Of a DNA stretch of 64,000 bases, positions 48,012 through 55,788 are shown piece by piece. The translations under genes were made by a program, and so were the position numbers. The DNA comes from Omnitrophica WOR_2 bacterium GWF2_43_52. GTDB taxonomy: Bacteria > Omnitrophota > Gorgyraeia > Gygaellales > UBA12090. The stretch is taken from assembly GCA_001805445.1 (NCBI GenBank), contig MHGF01000003.1, positions 248,429-312,428 of the forward strand. Reading direction: 5' to 3'. Below the pieces are notes generated by a model. The model did no database searches and was not told the origin of the DNA. It saw only the letters and a program-made list of their open reading frames with translations. How positions within the stretch are numbered: position 1 is the stretch's first letter; each line of letters begins with the position of its first letter.

Positions 48012-48263
48012 TTAGCGATATGCCTCTTTTCTGTGCTTAAGCCTATAGATAAAAACTTCTTTTGCCTTATCGTCTATGCGATAGAGCAGCCTATAGCTGC
48101 CAATCCTCACCCTATACCCATCTTCATTAGTGAGCTTAAGTGCCCCGTATGGCCGGGGATTATTGGCTAAACGCACAATTTCATCTTTTGCTGCATTAAA
48201 AATTTTCCCTTGCAGGCGATCAAGGTCTTTTTGAGCTTGCGGCAAAATCTTTATCCTATACAT
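48012..48263 (-). CDS. relE: RelE/ParE family toxin
   Basis: A.KDL..L, NPRP.G..KL, YRVRIGSYRLLY.IDD, HRKEAYR. Confidence 0.9.
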   Translation of the reverse strand: MYRIKILPQAQKDLDRLQGKIFNAAKDEIVRLANNPRPYGALKLTNEDGYRVRIGSYRLLYRIDDKAKEVFIYRLKHRKEAYR

Positions 48264-48491
48264 TTAGCCTGATCTTTTTCTTAAATACTCTTCTAAGCTA
48301 ACGGCTTTTCCTTCTTCCGCGCGTAACTTCTTTAAATCCAACAAATCCTCATTCAACTCTTCACGGGCAATCTGTTCCTCTAAGGCCTTCTCGACAAAGA
48401 AACCCTGCTTTATCCCATGCTCCAGGCAGAATTTCTTTAGCCTGTTGACAAGTTTGGAATCAATCTTTACCGCATACGATACCTTGTTCAT
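48264..48491 (-). CDS. Ribbon-helix-helix type antitoxin
   Basis: Strand-helix-helix N-terminus, acidic C-terminus, abuts toxin start; promoter contains ATATAAA-GT-TTTATAT inverted repeat (48521-48536). Confidence 0.75.
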   Translation of the reverse strand: MNKVSYAVKIDSKLVNRLKKFCLEHGIKQGFFVEKALEEQIAREELNEDLLDLKKLRAEEGKAVSLEEYLRKRSG

Positions 48492-48647
48492 TCCTTATCC
48501 ACCTCCAGATAAACTATATCATATAAAGTTTTATATTTCAAGAAAAAGTTTACTAAAGAAAACTTCTATCATTCCATAGAATCTGAATAATCGGCTTTGA
48601 ATAAGCCGATAGCCAATTTTGGGAAGAAATTATTTCTCAGGTTGTTT

Positions 48648-51600
48648 TTAACTTAGCGAATCAATGATGACCAGCGCCTCTTTTAGCTCGGGAGAGCTTT
48701 CTCGGGCGGCTTCTTCTTCCAGCTTCATAATATCCGCCAGGCAGACCAGCAAATCATCCGCCTGCTCATCCAATTCACCCTTCTGCGCGCAGGCGGCAAC
48801 CAGTTCTTTAACCCGACTTCCCGATGGAATAATGCCGGAGGCGGCCATATTCCTTATTTGGGCAAGCTCGGCTACGGTATCCATCCCCTCAAGCGCTGCC
48901 GCGCTTATCCGTGGCAGGTTAAAATCTAAACCCCGAAAACTTCCCATCGGCTGAATAGTCATAGGCAGAGCGCGGAAGTCAATACCGCCGGTTTTATCCG
49001 GAGCATTTTGCATTGAAGAACTAGCTGTTTCATAGGCAAATCCAAACTTTTCGGCAATACCTTGATCGATACTCCCTATTATCGTTGTCCCTAAACCTGT
49101 CCTCTTTAAAATATAAACATCCTCTCCCTTAAGATTTTTATTAGGTTCACTCTTAACCCAGTTAATTATTTCTGCAATTTTTGCGTCTGTCATCGTTTTC
49201 ATTTTCTCATAGACTGCGGCATACGCTTCTTTTAATGCTCGATAACTAGGCTCTTCCATATAATTTTCATCGTCTCTACCAGGCCCGGCAAGAAAATTAC
49301 GCTTTTCTACTAATTCTATCGTTTTCCTCTCTTCTTCTGTAAGTACTAGCCCATATAGGATCATCTGAAGCGTCTTTTTTAACAACTCTTCATTAAAAGG
49401 CCGCATTATCTCATATCTTGTTGTGTCGCCATAGTAATAATCTTCTACTCCACCTATCACAAGCATTCCTTCGCTAAAATTAACGGTAACTTCTGCCTCT
49501 CCGGGAGGAAGGCCTGGATCATAGTCATAGTCGAAAAATACAGAACCAACATCCGTGACAACTCCTGTTGATAAAGCTTCTTTCACCTTGTCCTTATCAA
49601 TATTTGGCTTAAATATGTTATAATTTTCCATTATCTTAGTTAATACCATAATTACAGCAGTATACGCCTCATCTGCCGATTTGGGAATATAAATATCCTT
49701 TTCACTATTCGTGTATTGTGAAAAAGACGAAATAGTTGGTTTATAGATAAATTCGAGTTTCTCAACAATGCCTCGATTAATAGTTCCGATTACCATTATT
49801 CCTGAGCCTGTTTCCTTAAGGATCCGGGCATCTTTTCCTTTAAAATATTTATTAGGCTCACTCTTAATCCAATTAATTATTTCAGTAATTTTAGCGTCTG
49901 CCAAAAGTCCGATTTCATTTTTTATTTTATAATAAGTGTCTCGCAATTTTTGCTCGGCCGCTTCCTCGGCTTCTGACGGCATACTATCGCTGCCATCACC
50001 AGCAAAAAGATTCTCTTCTTCTACAGCGTTAATCAACCATTTCTCATCTTCTGAAAGAGACATGTTATACCAACCTAAATCAAGAAAAATTTTACGAAGC
50101 TGACTTCTTAGCAGATTCTCATTTAAAGGCTTTATTACTTCATATGTTACGCTATCAATATTGTAGTAATATTTCTTGCTATCCAATACAATAACTCCTT
50201 CGCTAAAATTAACAATAACTTTGCTATCCCAAGTATAAAGAGACGTTTCAGAATCATAGTCTAAAAAGACATAACCAACATCCGTGGCAACTCTTGTTGA
50301 TAAAGCTTCACTCACCTTGTCCTTATCTATCACTGGCTTAAAGTTGTTGTATTTTCTCGTTATTTCGGTTAATACCATAATTACAGCAGCATATGCCTCA
50401 TCTGCCGATTTGGGAATATAAATATCCTTTTTACTATTGGAAAATTGAACCGAAGACGAAGCACTAAGGCGCAACTTGTTTATTATCTCCAGCATAGGAT
50501 TTATGTACGGAGTGTTTTTCTTTAAAAGTGCGTTGCCTTTTATTAGAGGTAGCAAGAGATCGCTACTAAATTCTACATCTTCTTTTTTCACTCCATCGCT
50601 GTATATTTCCGTAATACTTACATAATCTTTATTTTCAATATCTGACAATTTAACTGTTTGATAACCCCATACCTCGCCATGGCCCGGTGTTTTTTGCTGG
50701 TCCTCTATCCACTCTTTAAATTCCCGCTCGGTTTTGTTTTGACGTTCAGCATCAATCTCTTCCTTTATTCTTTTTACCTGATTCCATTCTTTCTCACTCA
50801 AGATATATGCGTATAAAGAACGAAATTCATTATTTGGGCCTTTATCATCGTCATTCTGAAACTGCCCTTCTTGGCCGATTAAAACTAATTTATTATCTAA
50901 TTTTTCCTCTATCGCATCCAAGCCCAATTCTTGAAGGATTTCCTCCTCTCCAGCTTCCTCATATGTCATACCGGAAACTACATGACCACCTAATATGGAA
51001 AATTTTTTTGACTCCGCTTTATTATGCACTCGTCTTTGCAGCAATAATTTCCCGTCTGGCGTAAAAACAAAGGCATTGGCAGTCCTATGTCTTAACCCAA
51101 ATATGTGCGTAAAACCAGCTTCGGTAACTCCTACGGCTTTATCATCCTCACCTACTATATCAGTTAACTCACCCTTAAATTTCTTGACAAACTTTGTGTC
51201 CTTAGCTTGTTTGCCTCTATCCTGCCTTATCCCTTCTATCACTTTATCAATAGTGATATATTGCTCTAAATTTACACCATTCGCAGTTAAAGAGCCTTTT
51301 AATTCTTGCAAGTGGTCCCTATAGAAATTCAAAATATCATTAAGCTCTACAGGTGTTACAGTTCCTATATTTTGAGATAACCATTTGGCTTGAGCAACGG
51401 CTTTCTCCAGATGTATCGCCGATGAGCCTATGAACTGCAATCTGACAGCACTTACATGCTGCAATGAAATAGACAACATAGGTTGGCGGCTTCCTCTTCC
51501 TTCTGGTTTACTCTCAAAAATCTTTTCTCCTCGCTTAATTTTAAAAATACCAAATAATGGCTCGTTATTCTGATATGCTGACTTAACCTTCTGAAAGGTA

Positions 51601-53924
51601 AACTCCTCAAGTTTTAAATCCTTTAACATCTGTACTTGTGCAGGTTTTAATTGTGCTGCTATTTTATCGCCTTTCTCGTTTAACTCTGCAAATTCAATCC
51701 ACCATTTTATGTCTTCATTGTTTTTATCTTCAGTCTCAGCAACAAAAGCAAGCATACAGAACATCTTCAGGATAAGATCAAGCTTCTCTTGAGGATTATT
51801 AATGCCTTTAATAATGCTCTCGGTAAAGGCTAAACCATAATCAAGAGCATCTAAATTCTCGCCTAATTGCTTTTTGAATACGGTTGCATCCTTTGAACCA
51901 AGGGCTTTATATAATTCAGATAACTTCCCGGATATTAACTGCACATCTCCATACCCAAGTCTAGAGAGCTTTCGCAATCTATAGAGTAAAAACTCAGCTT
52001 TTCTTTGTTGTAATGTCATAAGATTAGTATCTATGTAATATTCTGCTCTCTCGTTATCCATCATCCCGATCCCGTCACAAAAAGTAATAATGGCTAACGC
52101 CCCAAGCAGTTCATCCTTATTATCTTTTAATTCGTTCGGCAACTTATCTAGAAGCCTTAACAAGCGATGCGGGGTTCTTTCGCCGAAAAACATAGTGCCC
52201 ACCGCTACATGCTGGCCAATAAGCCATTTTACTTTTTCAATGAAAAGTATATCTTTTTGATAATAAACTGGCAGATTATTACCAATCCAAGCAGCCCCTT
52301 TATCTTCATGGCCTACAGTGCCATCATGAGTCCCAATATCATGCAACAAGACAGTTAAAAAGATTAATTCCTTATCTTTAGGATTAGAAAATAGGTTGCT
52401 GAATAATTGAATGTATTTATTTATAGCCACAGGGTCCATTAACCCATTTCTAGCTTTATTAATGCCAGCAACATTATTACTCCTAACCATCTCTATCGTC
52501 TCTATAACTTCAAGGGTGTGCTTAAACATATTACTATTCCATTTTTTAACACCCTCCAGCTTATCAAAATCAGGGAACACCTTTCCTATTGCGCTTATTC
52601 CAGCCTCGGATTTTTCAGCCATGCTCAAAATATCTGCATAAATATTTGTAGATATGCGCAAGGTATTTTGCAAATTTTGAAAATTCTTAATAGAGCTATC
52701 TGATTCTTTATCAGAATCTTCTATCGACGAAGACACTGCAACAGCTGGTTGCAGGCTTATATTCAGCAGATTGGTGGCAACGCCACTTATTTTTATGCCC
52801 GGCAATTTATCAAAAATATCATTGTCAAATATAGCGCCGTTTTCAGTATTAATCGCGCTACTAGCCCAGCTTATCCCGCCGCTTACATAAGCTCTACGCA
52901 CTACCTGGCCCGTAGGGGTGTAAACCTGCTCCTTGAGGTTGTATTCACCCTTAGAGAAGGATTGCTGGTATTGCTTGAAATACTCCGTCTTAGACCAGGG
53001 TTCTTGGGAAGTTAAATTGGTGAGATTTTGGGTATTGATAAGTGAGGCGTAGGCGCCGGGTTTGCCGCTGAAACGCGATTTAAACCATCTGGAGAGGATA
53101 AGAGAATAATAGACCTGCCTTAAAGAGGCGTATCTCTTGGCCGAGTTCACCTCTCTGGTAAGCTTGGGAATAATCAATTCCTTAATTAGCTGGGTTGAGT
53201 ATTCGTTAAGCTCTTTTAGCCTGAGGTCGGAAAAGCGGTAACCGCTTCCCACACCCCCGCGGTGTGGGTTCAACACCGCGGGGGTGTGCTCGGTTAGATA
53301 GTCTTCTTCCAGCATTACCTTTAGGACAGCCTTATACACATAGGCGCTGTCTTTAGACTCCCGGACGATTATCTCACCTGGCACTATCCAGGGACGGGTG
53401 AGGGTAGGAATACTTATATTCTCACTTCCATAAAGTTCTCCCGCCTTTTTATACAGCTTATCCCAATAGGCCTTGCCTTCAGAAGTTTGGGGAGAAGTAA
53501 AGCTGGCAGTGTCCTTCTTTAATTGCAGGTCTGCCTCAAGCATAATCCTGCCTACATCGGTCTTTTCTAAGTACGAGTCTATAATTTGGTCTTCCGAATC
53601 CGGTCTTAAGTTTACCCAGAACATATCATCCGGCAGGGCTACTCCCACAAGAAAATAGCTCAATAAATCCTTGGCTTCCTCTTTAGCCCTTGTATCTTCA
53701 AGATTAGCCAAATCCCCCCTATCCAAGAGTAGCTTAAAATGATCACTGGCAGTGTCATAGGAAAAATAACGCAGATGCACGGGGCGAAATTTATCCAGTA
53801 ACAAGCTCCCTGCGGCCTTTGATAAGTAATTTGCGACATTCAAATCAACTGCTACCTGGGCAAAGCTTGCTTGCTGAAACAGTAGGCCAATGCTTAAAAC
53901 CAGTGAAAGTATTTTGCGCGACAT
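48648..53924 (-). CDS. 1758-aa secreted modular protein: signal peptide, N-terminal domain, HD domain, Nudix/IDI-like domain, two tandem unknown domains, C-terminal GGIDF domain
   Basis: AAGGAGG RBS; signal MSRKILSLVLSIGLLFQQASFA; HTL...LLHDIG...H; H..G..H...LLLQRR...GGHV; internal 243-aa duplication. Confidence 0.85.
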   Translation of the reverse strand: MSRKILSLVLSIGLLFQQASFAQVAVDLNVANYLSKAAGSLLLDKFRPVHLRYFSYDTASDHFKLLLDRGDLANLEDTRAKEEAKDLLSYFLVGVALPDDMFWVNLRPDSEDQIIDSYLEKTDVGRIMLEADLQLKKDTASFTSPQTSEGKAYWDKLYKKAGELYGSENISIPTLTRPWIVPGEIIVRESKDSAYVYKAVLKVMLEEDYLTEHTPAVLNPHRGGVGSGYRFSDLRLKELNEYSTQLIKELIIPKLTREVNSAKRYASLRQVYYSLILSRWFKSRFSGKPGAYASLINTQNLTNLTSQEPWSKTEYFKQYQQSFSKGEYNLKEQVYTPTGQVVRRAYVSGGISWASSAINTENGAIFDNDIFDKLPGIKISGVATNLLNISLQPAVAVSSSIEDSDKESDSSIKNFQNLQNTLRISTNIYADILSMAEKSEAGISAIGKVFPDFDKLEGVKKWNSNMFKHTLEVIETIEMVRSNNVAGINKARNGLMDPVAINKYIQLFSNLFSNPKDKELIFLTVLLHDIGTHDGTVGHEDKGAAWIGNNLPVYYQKDILFIEKVKWLIGQHVAVGTMFFGERTPHRLLRLLDKLPNELKDNKDELLGALAIITFCDGIGMMDNERAEYYIDTNLMTLQQRKAEFLLYRLRKLSRLGYGDVQLISGKLSELYKALGSKDATVFKKQLGENLDALDYGLAFTESIIKGINNPQEKLDLILKMFCMLAFVAETEDKNNEDIKWWIEFAELNEKGDKIAAQLKPAQVQMLKDLKLEEFTFQKVKSAYQNNEPLFGIFKIKRGEKIFESKPEGRGSRQPMLSISLQHVSAVRLQFIGSSAIHLEKAVAQAKWLSQNIGTVTPVELNDILNFYRDHLQELKGSLTANGVNLEQYITIDKVIEGIRQDRGKQAKDTKFVKKFKGELTDIVGEDDKAVGVTEAGFTHIFGLRHRTANAFVFTPDGKLLLQRRVHNKAESKKFSILGGHVVSGMTYEEAGEEEILQELGLDAIEEKLDNKLVLIGQEGQFQNDDDKGPNNEFRSLYAYILSEKEWNQVKRIKEEIDAERQNKTEREFKEWIEDQQKTPGHGEVWGYQTVKLSDIENKDYVSITEIYSDGVKKEDVEFSSDLLLPLIKGNALLKKNTPYINPMLEIINKLRLSASSSVQFSNSKKDIYIPKSADEAYAAVIMVLTEITRKYNNFKPVIDKDKVSEALSTRVATDVGYVFLDYDSETSLYTWDSKVIVNFSEGVIVLDSKKYYYNIDSVTYEVIKPLNENLLRSQLRKIFLDLGWYNMSLSEDEKWLINAVEEENLFAGDGSDSMPSEAEEAAEQKLRDTYYKIKNEIGLLADAKITEIINWIKSEPNKYFKGKDARILKETGSGIMVIGTINRGIVEKLEFIYKPTISSFSQYTNSEKDIYIPKSADEAYTAVIMVLTKIMENYNIFKPNIDKDKVKEALSTGVVTDVGSVFFDYDYDPGLPPGEAEVTVNFSEGMLVIGGVEDYYYGDTTRYEIMRPFNEELLKKTLQMILYGLVLTEEERKTIELVEKRNFLAGPGRDDENYMEEPSYRALKEAYAAVYEKMKTMTDAKIAEIINWVKSEPNKNLKGEDVYILKRTGLGTTIIGSIDQGIAEKFGFAYETASSSMQNAPDKTGGIDFRALPMTIQPMGSFRGLDFNLPRISAAALEGMDTVAELAQIRNMAASGIIPSGSRVKELVAACAQKGELDEQADDLLVCLADIMKLEEEAARESSPELKEALVIIDSLS

Positions 53925-54027
53925 AATTCGCCTCCTTACTATTGTCTGACATTAAACTATAATAGTGTCAGAGATTTCATCTCCCATTTACTTTTTTCAT
54001 TAATAAGCTGTTTATTAAAGTATTAAC

Positions 54028-54163
54028 TAGTTATCACTGAAAAAGCGTCTTTTAAACACGAATTCCCACGAATTACACACTAATCATCACGAATACAACG
54101 ACGAAGTAATTCGTGTGTATTTGTGTCTATTCGTGCAAAATAAAGGTTTTTCAGCGGTAACTA
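54028..54163. mobile_element. Small TA-flanked MITE-like element with internal CACGAAT repeats
   Basis: TAGTTATCACTGAAAAA ... TTTTTCAGCGGTAACTA; cacgaat x3 then attcgtg-like x3. Confidence 0.65.
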
Positions 54164-54177
54164 ATTACCTATAAAAT

Positions 54178-54320
54178 AAAAAAACCGGAATGCCGACCCT
54201 ATTATATTTTCGTGGCAATCCGGTATATATAACCGTATTGGGCGTTTCGCACCTCCATGCGAAAACGCTTTCTTATTTTAAATTCTATTTAAAGTTTACC
54301 ATAAAAGTGCATAATGTCAA
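54178..54320 (-). promoter_or_regulatory. Promoter and leader with intrinsic terminator upstream of the 1758-aa gene
   Basis: TTGACA (54320-54315), 16 nt, TAAACT; hairpin 54242-54268; ACCGGATTGCC...GGCATTCCGGT plus U tract. Confidence 0.6.
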
Positions 54321-54343
54321 GTTTTTTATGATTAATCAAACCC

Positions 54344-54574
54344 CTATAAATTATTAAGCATGGATATATATTCCTCTTTGCTTATTCCTAATACACGCAG
54401 ATTATTCAAAATGATAAAAACTGGAATATCCTTAATGGCTGGGATAACTATGGGCCGCTTTAGATTTGCCTTACGGTAGATTCGGTGATCCCCTTTCTGC
54501 CTGACAAATTCACAACCGATATACCTTAAGAACTTATCAAATCTTCTGTAGTCTACAGGATTTAAGCGGGACAC
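54344..54574 (-). CDS. hicA: HicA family toxin
   Basis: FL...G..FVRQKGDH..Y, P.VIP; GTG start at 54574. Confidence 0.88.
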   Translation of the reverse strand: MSRLNPVDYRRFDKFLRYIGCEFVRQKGDHRIYRKANLKRPIVIPAIKDIPVFIILNNLRVLGISKEEYISMLNNL

Positions 54575-54864
54575 GGCAGTCGTACTTCTTCCTGGGTTTG
54601 CCCTATATATACGGGCGGTAACCACATTTTCTGCGGATGGCCTACTTTCTTCCAACCACACTCAAGAAGAACATCCTCAATGGTTCCCATCTTGTCGGTT
54701 TCTTCAAGAAAAAGCTGAAGCGCATCCTCAAACCTTCCTTTAGCCTGTTCCTGAGTATCTCCACAAGTGGAAAGGTCCAATGCAGGACTATAAGCAATAA
54801 ACTTTTCACCTTCTCTATAAAACACTACATTTAAGCTGACCTTCTGGAATTTTAACTTTGCCAT
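54562..54864 (-). CDS. hicB: HicB family antitoxin (short, upstream of hicA)
   Basis: AY.PALDLST.GDT.E.A...F.DA..LFLE; GGGAG RBS before ATG 54864. Confidence 0.85.
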   Translation of the reverse strand: MAKLKFQKVSLNVVFYREGEKFIAYSPALDLSTCGDTQEQAKGRFEDALQLFLEETDKMGTIEDVLLECGWKKVGHPQKMWLPPVYIGQTQEEVRLPCPA

Positions 54865-54925
54865 CTTTTCTCCCTTCATAAATAAGGATACCATATTCGC
54901 ATTAAAAAATCAATATTTTGGAATA

Positions 54926-55753
54926 TCATGGCCGTTTGGGGAAGCGGGAGAAGTCGGGTTTTCTTTTTGCTACAAAGGCGTTGCGGCCTTCCTGGCCTTC
55001 TTCGGTCATATAAAAAAGCATAGTGGCATTGCCGGCTAATTCCTGCAGGCCTGCCTGGCCGTCGCAGTCCGCGTTTAAGGCTGATTTAAGGCAGCGAATA
55101 GCGATTGGTGAATTCGCCAGGATTTCCCGGCACCACTTAATGGTTTCTTTTTCCAAATCCTTTAAGGCTACAACCTTATTCACTAACCCCATGGTGAGGG
55201 CTTCCTTAGCGTTATACTGGCGGCATAAAAACCAGATTTCCCGCGCCTTCTTCTGGCCCACCACCCGCGCCAAATAAGAGGCGCCATAGCCGCCGTCAAA
55301 TGAGCCTACCTTTGGCCCGGTTTGGCCGAAGATAGCGTTGTCCGCGGCAATAGTAATGTCCGCCATAAGGGCTAAAATATTCCCCCCGCCAATCGCATAA
55401 CCTGCAACCATGGCAATTATCGGTTTTGGGCAAGTCCTCATCTGGCGCTGGAAATCAAGCACATTCAACCGCTCAACGCCTTTTCCATCCTTATAGCCGG
55501 CATCTCCTCGTATCTTCTGATCACCGCCTGAACAAAAGGCGCGGCTGCCTTTACCGGTGAGAATTATTACCCCGATTTTCTCATCATTACGCGCATCGTC
55601 TAATGCTTTGGACATCTCAATCACGGTAAGAGGGCGAAAGGCATTATGCACCTGGGGGCGATTTATGGTTATTTTGGCGATTTCCTCTGACTTTGCATAT
55701 TCTATATCGGTAAACTGAAGCATTTTTGTCCATTTAGCTCTTTGCTTCTTCAT
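54926..55753 (-). CDS. menB: 1,4-dihydroxy-2-naphthoyl-CoA synthase
   Basis: [39 protein letters not shown]. Confidence 0.96.
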   Translation of the reverse strand: MKKQRAKWTKMLQFTDIEYAKSEEIAKITINRPQVHNAFRPLTVIEMSKALDDARNDEKIGVIILTGKGSRAFCSGGDQKIRGDAGYKDGKGVERLNVLDFQRQMRTCPKPIIAMVAGYAIGGGNILALMADITIAADNAIFGQTGPKVGSFDGGYGASYLARVVGQKKAREIWFLCRQYNAKEALTMGLVNKVVALKDLEKETIKWCREILANSPIAIRCLKSALNADCDGQAGLQELAGNATMLFYMTEEGQEGRNAFVAKRKPDFSRFPKRP

Positions 55754-55788
55754 TTTCTAAGTCTCCTAATTAATGCCAGGCATTGTTC

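Noticed and set aside
49026-50447. DGR template/variable repeat pair or CRISPR-like array
   Set aside because: Both copies are in-frame coding, differences are not adenine-specific by eye, and no reverse transcriptase, cas gene or regular repeat-spacer array is in the window.
54575-54661. Longer hicA start from the ORF track
   Set aside because: Overlaps hicB by ~100 bp; GTG 54574 gives a typical 76-aa HicA.
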